This document shows, piece after piece, positions 39,214 to 51,600 of a stretch of 64,000 bases of DNA. This DNA comes from Macrostomum hystrix (lineage: Eukaryota > Animalia > Platyhelminthes): contig CATNEN010000038.1 in assembly GCA_950097015.1 (NCBI GenBank), positions 23,188,001-23,252,000 of the forward strand, read 5' to 3'. The notes under the pieces were generated by a model that saw only the letters and a program-made list of their open reading frames with translations, did no database searches and was not told the DNA's origin. Made by a program: the position numbers and the translations under genes. Positions within the stretch are counted from its first letter, which is position 1; every line of letters starts with the position of its first letter.

Positions 39214-41654
39214 TCCAATGTGTATATTTCATTATCGGCCTTTGCAAATAAGGGTCTAATTAAATCCTAATCTAGCACGATGCCTACTAGGTTTTTTCGA
39301 TCACCCGACCGCCGACCACATTCTAACTCCAACACCAAGTCTTAAAGATTACATTCACTTTGAGTTTGCATTTGCACATATTTAATTAACAGATTTGGAA
39401 AATTCTAGGATGCGTTCATTCTGTATTCATGAGCTCAACCAGGAAATTATTAGAGAGGTAAAAAACATGAATTTAGCGAATAGCGAATAGGTTCTGTAAT
39501 GTCAAGCTTCGAATGACGCATAGCTTGCGGAAGGGGTCGCCAACGTACCACAGTACCGCTAATCGTTGATTTCTAAAAAAGTAATTGAAAAGAGCAGGTT
39601 GAAATTGAGCAATCCAGGAAATTCTGAATTTGATTATTCAACAGACTTAAGCTTAAAATAATTTTTAAAGAGCTCTTAAACGATCGCTTAACGTTTTTTT
39701 ATTGAATACTCTAAGTAAAAATATACCATGTTAGTTTTACTGGCTACAAACGACAAACCTGACCAGTGAATAGTAGAACTCTATACTAGCCTCTGATGCA
39801 AGTTTTTGCACTTGTTTAGTCTAAAATAAGTTGTAGCAGACCTCTCAGCTCTCTCTCTATTTGTTGGATTTGGGATTGGTGAGCTGAGTATTTTGGGGGG
39901 TGGTAGCGTAAGTTATGAGGGTGAGGATAGGTATTTTCCACGCTGTTCGGGTTATACCTAAGGTAGCGCTAATGCCGGAGCGGCAAGACACTAGCTACTA
40001 ACAATGGGAGAAGAATCGACTGTTACTGGCACGAGGGCTTAGGTCACTGATCTGGGGCACACGTAATGGGTTCCGGAATTAATACGTACAGTTTCATTAG
40101 GGGGATAAAGGCGGAGTTTAGGGACTTCAAGGGGGGTATTTAGGGAACTTTAGGTGGACTTCAGATGGACTTCAGGGGGACTTTTAGATGGGATTTTAGA
40201 ACGGTATACTGGGATTTCAAAGGGATCATATAATAGGGTGGATTTGGGTAAAAGAAGGCCGACGAGAGATCTTTCAGAGAGGATTGGGAAGGCAAAGGTA
40301 TCTAACTGTTTTTCTCTTATTAGGAAAATAACTAAGGAACTCGGTTTATTTAATAGCGAAACAGGGAAAGAGGTAGGAAGTGGAATATCGCTTATATTTC
40401 GTAAAGGTTGTATCGAACGTAAAGCTAAACGTTGAGAACGTACGTATAGAACGTAAAGCAGGTCAAACAGGGTCAACAGGGTCAACTGGGTCAACTGGGT
40501 CAACTGGGTCAAGTGGGTTAACTGGTAAAGATCGCATTATATTCTTCTCTGTATATATATACCAAAATTGGGGTGGGTGCATGTCCCGCTTGAGTACGCA
40601 TACAACGAACAAAGAGCGCTGCGTGAGGCTACGACAAAAGCTAGCGCGTGAGAAAAAGTTGCAGGAATTCAAAATGAAAAGTGTTCTAATTATTCACTGT
40701 CTCATTCATTTTAAAGCGAATCTCTTTTTTAACCAACCTCCTTCAGGACTAGAAAAATTTTAATTGTAGCTGTATGAAATGTACAATATATTGCATAATC
40801 AGTGCAAATTTAAATTACAAAAGACTTGTAAATTAAAGAAGCATTATAAAATACTTTTTCATTTATTGCAAAAAATATTTTGATAGTGATATTTACTGTG
40901 AGACAGTTGGAGATAAGAAGGAGATAATGCGAAGATCTTAAGGAGATCGCAAAAAGAGCTGTTACAGATCAGCGATTTATTAGAAGGAAAAAAAGTTCTG
41001 CCAGCCTTCAAAGTGAAAATTTATCTGATATAATTAAACGTTTAGAGGAAATATCAGTTCGATCTACTTTTGCATGTCAGCGAGCCGAAGCCAAGCGCCA
41101 TCGTGCCTCAAAAGATGCGGCGCCTCAATGTGATGATGGCGCCCATGCAGAAACCGAAATATAGAAAGACCGCTTTCGCTGGCCGCAGCGCCTGGATATG
41201 CGTCTAGCCCAGAAATGAAGGCCCATTGTTTCTGGGCGGAAATCGAGGCGGTCACCCAGGTCGCTATATTATGCGGCTTTGAGTGACTTAGCGGCGGGGA
41301 AGGGGAAGATCGCGGACGGTGACATAATTCAAAGGCATGTATGTTGTATAGCTTGGGGCACAGGTGGGAATAATCTTCGCGTCCCTGACAATCGGCCGTC
41401 CCCGCTCGAAGGCCGTTGACACCATAAAATAGTCGTGAGTCGCGTTTTTTGGCAGCGGAGGAAGCTGCGAAGGCTGCGACTGTCGGGTTTGAACGCGAAA
41501 GTTAATAATAATCTAATAAACTCAATATTAGATATTATTAAGAAGATATTATTATAAAATGCGAGGCATTTAAGAGAAAGGCGAGCCAATATACGGAGTG
41601 AAAAGAGAGTTTTGATGATGCCTATTGAAAAACGAGCAATACTGAAGTACATGT

Positions 41655-42310
41655 ATAGAATAATACCCCCCTGATTTCGTTTCTTTGGCCTTGGAAAGGC
41701 TGCAAGGACGCGTTTCTTGGCGAAGGCGAAGCCGAGGCCCAGAAGCGCAGTCCGAAGCCGTTCCTAGGCCATAGACAACGATTTCAGGGTGGTATTATAG
41801 TATTTAATCCTAAAGCTTGGCCCGGCTCACGAGATTGCAAACCTAAAACTGTTTACAGCAACTGTGACCATAGACTATATGTTTAACAGCCTAGGCCGAT
41901 TAAATAATAAGTATAAGTTATCACCCACTTTTTTATTTATTTTGGCCGGGAACGGCTGAGGACTCGTTTATTGGCCGAGGCGAAGCCGAGGCCAAGAAAC
42001 GATGTCCGAAGACGTTTTCGGCCATAGATAAGTCAAACAAGAGGGTGATAATGTATTTATTCCACAGTTGAAGCCAGATAATTGTCACCGGACCAGATAA
42101 ATGTTTATCTGTCCCGGCCAGATTAATTTCAACGGCCAAATAAATAAATTTATCTGGTCTATGGGCCAATCCAACTGGGGAATAAATGCACAGAATTAAT
42201 TATAGCCAATAGGCCGGGCCAAGCTGGGGATTAAATAAAGTACGAGCCGTAACATAATGTAAATTAAAGCGGTGAGCCAGGAAATGACTCATGTACTATC
42301 GTCTATGGTT
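41655..42310. mobile_element. Cluster of palindromic MITE-like elements with central GGCGAAGCCGAGGCC motif
   Basis: 41660-41798 is an imperfect palindrome (AATACCCCCCTGATTTCGTT...AACGATTTCAGGGTGGTATT). A related copy lies at ~41940-42032. Outer inverted pair: 41801-41826 and 42213-42237. Confidence 0.6.
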
Positions 42311-42569
42311 TTTTCCGAAGTCAATCAAAAGATAATCCTTTTTTAAATTAACTACGAAACTTATCACATTTTTATTAAGAAAACATATACCCGTGGATTT
42401 GAGCAAATGGGCTTCAGTTGGTAAGTTCTTGAACGAATTTGCTTTGTTCAGACTCTTATGTCATGGTCTTTATACTATAACTAAGGATATATTAGTGTAA
42501 GGTGAGCAAATAAATGGGATATATATGAACATGAGGGAACTCCACCAACCAGATTTTTAGGAGACACCT

Positions 42570-43425
42570 GCTCGATCCAACCACAGATTTGGGGATCGAG
42601 ACAGCTGCAGCAACCACAGATTTGGGGAGACAGCTGCACCAACCACAGTTTTGGGAAGACAGCTGCAGCAACCACAGATTTGGGAAGACAGCTGCACCAA
42701 CCACAGTTTTGGGAAGACAGCTGCTGCAGCAACCAAAGTTTTGGGAAGACAGCTGCACCAACCACAGTTTTGGGAAGACAGCTGCACCAACCACAGATTT
42801 GGGAAGACAGCTGCAGCAACCACAGTTTTGGGAAGACAGCTGCACCAACCACAGATTTGGGAAGACAGCTGCAGCAACCACAGTTTTGGGAAGACAGCTG
42901 CACCAACCACAGATTTGGGAAGACAGCTGCAGCAACCACAGTTTTGGGGAGACAGCTGCAGCAACCACAGTTTTGGGAAGACAGCTGCAGCAACCACAGT
43001 TTTGGGGAGACAGCTGCACCAACCACAGTTTTGGGGAGACAGCTGCACCAACCACAGATTTAGGAATCGAGACAGCTGCACCAACCACAGTTTTGGGAAG
43101 ACAGCTGCACCAACCACAGTTTTGGGGAGACAGCTGCAGCAACCACAGCTTTGGGAAGACAGCTGCAGCAACCACAGTTTTGGGAAGACAGCTGCACCAA
43201 CCACAGTTTTGGGAAGACAGCTGCACCAACCACAGTTTTGGGGAGACAGCTGCAGCAACCACAGCTTTGGGGAGACAACCACAGTTTTGGGAAGACAGCT
43301 GCAGCAACCACAGTTTTGGGAAGACAGCTATAGCAACCACAGATTTGGGGATCGAGACAGCTGCACCAACCACAGTTTTGGGGAGACAGCTGCACCAACC
43401 ACATAATTGGGGAGACACCTGCATA
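42570..43425. repeat. 29-bp minisatellite (GACAGCTGCASCAACCACAGTTTTGGGAA)n
   Basis: Visible array, probably intronic (GTAAGT donor at 42421; CAG acceptors at 43454 and 43480); source of Cys-rich spurious ORFs. Confidence 0.94.
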
Positions 43426-43481
43426 CCTTGAATTGCCTCTTCTAATCACTTCAGAAGCTTTCATGCTTTTGAGTCTACAGA

Positions 43482-43742
43482 ATGTCATCGTATCCAGTTG
43501 ACGGTTCGTTAGTCGACTGCAACGTGGGCATCGTGATGATGATAATAGCCTTCTTATTGCCAGTGGCTCTAACTTTTTTCTACATGTGGATCTGCGTCTG
43601 GTTCTGGTACAACCCAACTCTAGCCAAATTCGCTTACGGCTGGTCGCAAAATCTATTAGACTTGTCCCGTTCGTCAACTCAGCAATCTGGTGCTGATATC
43701 CCGGCTAAATCGCCTGAGCATATGTCTGCAAAGATCGACTAG
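43482..43742 (+). CDS. Candidate 86-aa single-pass membrane protein
   Basis: ATG lies immediately after a CTACAG acceptor. Hydrophobic segment VGIVMMIIAFLLPVALTFFYMWICVWFWY, followed by a polar tail and AT-rich 3' sequence. No homology recognised. Confidence 0.45.
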   Translation: MSSYPVDGSLVDCNVGIVMMIIAFLLPVALTFFYMWICVWFWYNPTLAKFAYGWSQNLLDLSRSSTQQSGADIPAKSPEHMSAKID

Positions 43743-44059
43743 CTATATGTGGCAATTTGAATTAAGGATATCTAATATCTAAAAATTGAAGGTATACTTC
43801 TCTTAGATCGAAGCAGTTTTTATTGCTGGTAGTTTTGCACGTCCAGCGACTATAGTAACGCATATAAGCATTGATTTCTTGTGCATATATTCATAAAAAT
43901 AATGCATTTGAATTGTCAAAATATAAATTTTAAGACAATATAATAGTTTTTCATTCTAACTTTGTTGTTACATGCAAGCCGAACATCAGTACATTGTGTC
44001 TATTGTAGATAAATAACCGTGGAATTATGGCTTTGACGGGGAGTAAACTACACTCAGTA

Positions 44060-44166
44060 ATTAAAGTAAGTAAGTAAATAAGTAAGTAAGTAAGTAAGTA
44101 AGTAAATAAGTAAGTAAGTAAATAAGTAAGTAAGTAAGTAAGTAAGTAAATAAGTAAGTAAGTAAA

Positions 44167-44234
<68 letters not shown>

Positions 44235-44294
44235 TAAGTAAGTAAGTAAATAAGTAAGTAAGTAAGTAAATAAGTAAGTAAGTAAGTAAGTAAA

Positions 44295-44363
<69 letters not shown>

Positions 44364-44376
44364 TAAGTAATAAGTA
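44060..44376. repeat. (TAAG)n microsatellite, left block
   Basis: Direct observation. Confidence 0.97.
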
Positions 44377-45162
44377 ATGGTTGCAAAGCTGGAACTGTTC
44401 ACAAGCAACTGTTTGGCATCAATTTTTCAATTGCGCTGGCCTGGAGTCGGTGGTTCCCGCCGCGAGGTCCTTCCACTGTTCTCTGTAACTCCGAAGGAGG
44501 GGCTACTGACAAGCGGGAGTGTGTGAACGGTCCGGTAAATCCTCCCTGGATGGGCTCCGGGAGATGATCCCAGCCGCAACTGGTAACATCCTGAAAAAGG
44601 ATGGCTAACTAGTCCTTGGAGGGCCTCGTTTGCAGATTCGAGGATAACTAAATCGGTGTCTGACTGAGGCAAGGAATTTGGTCTCGTAAAATGGCCAGAG
44701 ATCTGAGTCTGAAAGTCAAAGAGCATATGTGTCGGGTATAAGCCAGGTGGTGTCCTACTGGATGACGCCTTAGTAAATACCTTTATTTCCGCATACTGGC
44801 CGCCATGTTCCCAGTGGAGTACTGGTATGCCCAAGGACCCTCCATTGTCGGGCGGCCTATTCCGGTCGGCAATGTGGTTCTTTTACTCAATGCCTGCATG
44901 CGCGGCCGCCAGGCTCTGCCTGGTTGGTCGGGCTTTCTCTCTATTAAGACTTTCGCTTGCGTTGGTCCGCAGAAGAACAGGGCGTCGAGTTTAGTGGCAT
45001 GCGTGGAGCCAGGAAATGGGAGTTTCTGCAGTTCTCCTCTTTTACTGCTGAGACACAAGGGACGATACGGCCCGTCCTCCTTCGGGGTTAACCTCCGCGA
45101 CCTCTGTCGCGGAGGCCCGTTGGGGGGCGGAGTCCGCCGCGCCCCAAACCCCCCGCGGAAAT
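44377..45162. mobile_element. GC-rich ~785-bp insert inside (TAAG)n, probably RTE-clade retroelement derived
   Basis: It starts with KLELFTSNCLASIFQLRWP, similar to the RTE ORF C-terminal motif KLxxFxxxCLRxIxxIxWP. It ends in GC hairpins and is flanked on both sides by TAAG repeats, a tail type known for RTE elements. Confidence 0.5.
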
Positions 45163-45195
45163 AAAATAAGTAAGTAAAATAAGTAAGTAAGTAAT

Positions 45196-45248
<53 letters not shown>

Positions 45249-45300
45249 GAGTAAGTAAGTAAGTAAGTAATTAAGTAAGTCAGTATTGAAAAGTAAGTAT
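45163..45300. repeat. (TAAG)n microsatellite, right block
   Basis: Direct observation. Confidence 0.95.
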
Positions 45301-45652
45301 GTAAGAGTTAAGAGTATTTAAGCAACCCCGAGTATAGTAATGACAAATGGTTGATACGATACCTCATATTCTTATCCTCATAGTCTTAAGTCGAACTAGT
45401 TTAAACCAAATTATTTTTATTAAGATATGGCAACGTAAAATAAGCGTTGCACTAGTCAGTTTGTTACGAAACATAAAGTTTTGCTTTACTACTCAGTTTA
45501 TGAACTCCCGTTGCTGTGTTCGGATGCGTGCCCACTCAAATACAAACGCTGCTTTGTAGACGATTTAATTATCGAGAACATTTTGTTCATCGTTCTAAAA
45601 CGTTTAAACCACTAGGCTTAAAATCTGTATAGAGGTTTGCAGTCTAACTAAA

Positions 45653-48600
45653 ATGGCCATGCAAGTAATACCAATGGATCATAATGGAGACCACAATCCA
45701 CTTCGACTGAGAGGAAACAGTGAGTAACTTTTTTTTAATTTTTTCAGCTTTTCAATTAAAGAAAAAATATCTTAGCTATGTGCCTATATTCCAGTCTAAA
45801 TGCTACGAGTGAGAAATAAATATTTTGCTGACTAATTCTATCTAAGTTATTGATTTTTTATTTAGGCTATTAGTGGTGCATAAGTTTTATTAAATCATTT
45901 TCAGTTTTGCTTGGAATGACGTATCGTAACTTCAATTAAAAGGGACTTTTTACTAACAACTTTCGATCGTTTTTTAATCTGAAGTTGTTAACAATAAATT
46001 ATATGAAATAATAAAATAACATAATTAAAAACCGAAGAGTATGTATAAGTCATAGATAATGCAAGTTATGTCTTAACTCTAAAAAATGTCATTTTTAAGT
46101 TAAGACAATTTAATGATTAATGATTGATGAGTTATAATTAAACAGAAAAAATGATACATTTAGGTCTAGAAAAAATATATGGAAGTTGTTGTCAAAGTTA
46201 ATTATATTCTATCAATATCTTTTAATTTTTACAACTTTTGTACACACAAAAATATTTCTCCAATCATTATTCAACAGGCCAAGCACTGGAGAATAAGCGG
46301 CGCAATGAAGCGGTCAATGAAATTCTGAAGCCGCCTCCGCAACCATTCAGAGAGGCCCAGATTGATTCGCTGCAAGCATACGCAAACACTGAGCTTAATT
46401 TCAAGTACATAATCAAGTTGTTTTTGCAATTGACGTTTCTATCAAATTTTAACTTTTGAAAATATAAAAATAATGTTGACATTGACTCTCTTGAGTTGCA
46501 ATAATAATTAAAGTACTTTGTAGATAACAAAACTGTAGCTAAGTTAACTTTATACGTTAACATTTTTCATTCGCAAAACAGCAGACCGCAGCAGCAACAG
46601 ATTCAGGATGAAAGTCTGACTAAAAAAGCTACAAATCCATTTGGGACGTGAGTATATTTTATTTTTGGACTCAAAATATAATTTTTTTCAACGGCTTTAC
46701 CTAATTTGAACTGGGTGCTGAACTTTGACATTGACATCAGTGAGTCACCAGAGGAGAAGGCAGCCAGACATCAACGCGAAGCCGAAGAAGACATCAGGCG
46801 CTACAAAGAGGAGCGGAAGAGGCAGACGCTGGAGCACAGTCTGGAGAAGAAACGGGTGAGTTGCATTTTTATGCTTGGCTGGAGCTTGGATGTCCATTCA
46901 GTTCGGATTGGTAGCCTTAGGGTGGTTAGGGTGTCAGATTCATTACTTGAAGGTCGGTGGTTCGATTCTCGACCCCACTGGAACAATTTGTGTCCTTTAG
47001 CAAGACAGTTAACTCTGCATTGCTTCAGTTCACCCAGCATGTGGCGTCCCCCCAGTCCATGGAGTGAACAGAACATCTGCGGCTGTGCTGTCGGCTGCAC
47101 ATCTGGTCCAATTCGTGCAGGCTTTAGAAATGGAGGATTATGATTACTTATTTTATTATTGGCTGGGAACTTTGCATTTAATTTAGTATCAACAAACAAC
47201 AAGTAATCCTCATCACAGTATATTAGAGTCTTAACTTTCTAAGTATCAAACATATGTTATTCTGAAAAGAAAAGCTTTTATAGGAAATTTAAATTTCCGC
47301 ATTTCGTTGCCATGACAACCGCAGGACCTGCAGATGCTGCAGACCTATTATCCGTGGGGCAGACCAGGTCACGGCGCGCCGCTAGGCCTGCCTGATCAGC
47401 AGGAAGCGTTGAAGAAACGGAAGTTCCTAGTAGCCGACGATGGCCAGACTCAGGGTTGGCAGGATGCGACGGACACCGGCGCTGGAGAATTCAACAATGA
47501 CGGAGAGACTGGGGTGAGGAATCTTTTGAATATAGTTTCCTTTGCACTTTTAGATCAGCTGAGTGATGTATAGTTGAATCTTAACTGCCGTCGTTAAAAT
47601 ATTTGATGGGAGTAACAGTTGAGGTATTGGAGTGACAGGTAGGGGAGTGACAGGTGTTGGAGTGACAGTTAGTGGAGTGACAGGTGTTGGAGTGACAGGT
47701 ATTGGAGTGACAAGAAGTCGAGTGACAGGTGGTGGAGTGACAGGTAGTGGAGTGACAGGAAGTCGAGTGACAGGTAGGGGAGTGGCAGGCGTTGGAGTGA
47801 CAGGGGAGTGACTGGTAGTGGAGTTATAGGTAGTGGAGTGACAGGTGGTGCAGTGACAGTTATTGTAGTGACAGGTAGTGGAGTGGCAGGTGGTGGAGTG
47901 ACAGGTGGTGCAGTGACAGTTATTGTAGTGACAGGTAGTGGAGTGGCAGGTAGTGGAGTGGCAGGTGGTGGAGTGACAGGTAGTGGAGTGACAGGAAGTC
48001 GAGTGACAGGTAGGGGAGTGGCAGGCATTGGAGTGACAGGGGAGTGACAGGTAGTGGAGTGAAATGTAGTGTAGTGACAGGTAGTGGAGTGACAGGTGGT
48101 GCAGTGACAGTTATTGTAGTGACAGGTGGTGGAGTAACAGGTGGTGGACTGATTGTTGATTTGCGTGGCATATGCCAGATTATGCTACGCTCGTACACGC
48201 CAGTCTCCATGCCATTTCATACAAGCTACTGCTCAACCGTCCGGGTCACGGAGCCCCACTGCGCAGCCAGTCTGGTCGACTCATTACCCAACTGCCGGCA
48301 GATCCGGCCTTACGTTTTGATCGCGCCGGTGGAGGCGGGCGTCGCGGACGAGATCCCGTCGAGACTCTGCGGTACAGACAGCCAGATGGTGGACAGAGCT
48401 ATGCTAGGGAGCTTGGTAAGCTGCCTCTCGCACCCAAGTCCCTGAGCGGGATTCCGCGGCGAGGTCGCATTTGCTTGGGGCGCAGCCATGCAACCTCATA
48501 GGTACGGTAGATGTACACACCTGTATGAGCGTGTGCTCAGGAGTCGGCAGAATGGGCAGAACAGCATCCTCGCTGGCTGTGGGTCTACTGTCACCAAATG

Positions 48601-51600
48601 ATGTGCCATTGGCCGCAACCCTCCTGCAAATACTATTTAGTACGAGTCGGGTCAAGAAAGCGATATTAATGGAAGGACTGGGACTCAATTTTTTATTCGA
48701 CTGTCATTTAGTAATCATGGAAATTTATTTTACGCTCGCTATTTAACTTCAACTTCCTCTGCAGACCTGCACATTCAGCAACAGAAGCAGCAGCGAGAAT
48801 TGGAACGCAATTTCGAGCTGCAGGAGGAATTGAACACTGTAAATAAATTTAAACAAATGTTTTTCTAACACTACTGTTAGTAGAGAGAAGAGATTGAAGA
48901 GGAGCTTCTAGCCGAACGGTTATAGCTCCAGGAATTTTGGAGTTTCAATATCGGTCGAACAAAATTGATAGTCGTCATGAAGTTGTGGGTCGCACCGACC
49001 CCAGTCCATGGACTGAACATCTATCTGTACACAGCCTCTGGGTGTCACTGTGATTCCGTGGCAAGGCACAATAGGCACAAACAGAGTGTACGCTATACAC
49101 CGTGTGTCTGTGTGTGTTCATGCTGTCCACAGACCTCAATACTAACATTGTGACTATATTGTGATTAATAAATAGAGCAAAGAATACGTTTGTTATTATT
49201 TTCAGCTCCAGTATGACCCATTCGGTAAGCCGGGCGCTGGCGCGCCGAACAATCCTCAGCAGCATCAGCAGCAGCAGCAGCATTTAGCCGACGCGCAGAA
49301 GCAGCAGCTGCACCAGAGACGTCAAGAGGCTGCTGAACTGGCTGCCGACTTTAGCCAGCAGCAGCAGCAGCAGTACTATGGCCAGGGTGATTGGCAGGGA
49401 ATGCGTCAACCGCTGCAGGGCAGGGATCAGTGGTATCAGGTGAGTCACGTTCCCAAAAGTTATATCCATACCTGTTTGATTCCTTACCTGCTTGATTCCT
49501 TACCTGTTTGATTCCATACCAGTTTAATCCCTTACCTGTTAGACATCATACATGTAAAAAATCGGAAAATTTAGATCCCATACCATTGAGATCCAGTACC
49601 ATTGAGATCCAGCACCATTGAGATCCAGCACCATTGAGATCCAGCACCATTGAGATCCAGCACCATTGAGATCCAGCACCATTGAGATCCAGCACCATTG
49701 AGATCCAGCACCATTGAGATCCAGCACCATTGAGATCCAGCACCATTAAAAACAGGACTCTTTATCTAAAACTTGTTCCGCATAGGCACAACAGCGTCAT
49801 CCTGAAGACACTCAGTCGGCACCGAATCCACGACCTCAATTGTCACCGCTGCATCAGCATCAGCAGCAGCAGCAGCAGCAGCAGCAGGGGCAGAGCACAT
49901 ATCAGCCATTCGGCCGACCAGGAGCCGGTGCTCCGATACGCGATCGCGAAGGTCGCATTGTGCCCTCGGTGTTCGGCGCCACAGCCAAATTCGAAGAGAT
50001 TCCTGGAGAGAAGCAGAGAAGAGCAGAAGCTGCAAAGATCTACTCACAGGAGTTGGGTGGGTTCTCGGAGAAAAATGATTGCTGATTACTAATAGTAGTT
50101 TAGATAGTTGAGCCTAAAGCTTCAGGAAGGTTAGCTGAGCTTCAGGAAGGTTAGCTGAACCTCAATAAGGTTAGCTGAGCTTCAGGATGGTTAGTTGAGC
50201 TTCAGGAAGGTTAGCTGAGATTCAGAAAGGTTAGTTGAGTTTCAGGAAGGTTAGTTGAGATTCAGGAAGGTTAGCTGAGCTTCAGGAAGGTTAGTTGAGC
50301 TTCAGGAAGGTTAGCTGAGCTTCAGGAAGGGTGCTTCAGCTTTAGGAAGGGTCAAATGGGTTAGTTGAATTATAGTAATGGTTATTAATAAACTTCAAAA
50401 AGGTAGCTAAACTTCAGGTAAACTTTATGTGCTTCAGGGGGATTAGCTGAGCTTCAGCAGGGCCTTATCAAATCTAAACAAATAGCACCTCACTCCGCAG
50501 AGCGCGGTCTCATTGAGCAGAGTCTCAACCGGAGGCTGGAGGAGCAGCAGCGCAGAGCACCTGTGAGTCCGTGCTCAATTGTTTATCCATTTTTATCCGA
50601 ATCCCATAGGCCTAAAAATATTCTCCCACTTTCAATCGACAGATTGAGAATCCCATAGCTGAGCAGATAGCCAGGAGTTCAGTTGGGAAGCCGCCTAGAG
50701 ATCCGAGAACCGGAGTCCTGCTGGACCAGCACCTGCCATCTAGTGACGTCACCCACATCAGCTACAAGACTCCAAGACACAAGTTCCAGTCAGTCACTGG
50801 CTATCAGGTCAGGAATCAGGCTTGTACCTGTTGAAACTGTTTATTCCTATTGTCTACTATCTACTATCGTCGGGGGGATGAGTGGCTGAAGACCGCTTCT
50901 GGCACAAAGGTCCCTGAGCTCGATTCCGCGGCGAGGCCACACACAAGTCCAATCCTACATTCACACAATGTCTAATCTTACATTCACACAATGTCCAATC
51001 TTACATTCACACAATGTCCAATCTTACATTCACACAATGTCCAATCTTACATTCACACAATGTCCAATCTTACCACACAATGTTTTATCTGACATTCAAT
51101 CATTCACAATATTTGTTCAGCCGCTGCCAGACTTCGTCCAGACCGCCAGCGGCTACGGCAGCGAGTTGGAGCGGGCCGCGATGGAGCGAGCCGCCGCCAG
51201 GAGGCTGGATCGGGCTCGCGAAATTCACGAGGCCGACAGGCACGCGGAGGCATTCGACAGGATGTTCGGCCGTCCGGGCGCCGGGGCGCCTGTACCAGCG
51301 GGCGCCAAGAAGGTGAATCTGGACAGGGCGCTGCACAATCCTGATGGAATGGTGGGTAGAATTTCAACTGCGGTCATTGCTTGCTTGTTTTTTTATGTTC
51401 GAACTTCTTGTAATGTCAGATTTTCTGTTGGAGAAACAACTAGAGAACTATTTTTTTAAAACTCCACTAGCGCAATGAGTACAAGAAGACGGTGAACCAT
51501 TTGTCGGATGTACCCAGTACCTCCTACGTGCGTAATACTAACGGAAGTAACCATGGCAACGCCTACGAGATCCATACTGACAGTCAGGCAGGTGTTCATG

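Noticed and set aside
42481-43677. Cys-rich metallothionein/keratin-like ORFs
   Set aside because: Translations of a 29-bp minisatellite that is open in multiple frames on both strands.
44060-44376. Telomeric repeat
   Set aside because: The unit is TAAG/CTTA, not TTAGGG or TTAGG, and the position is internal.
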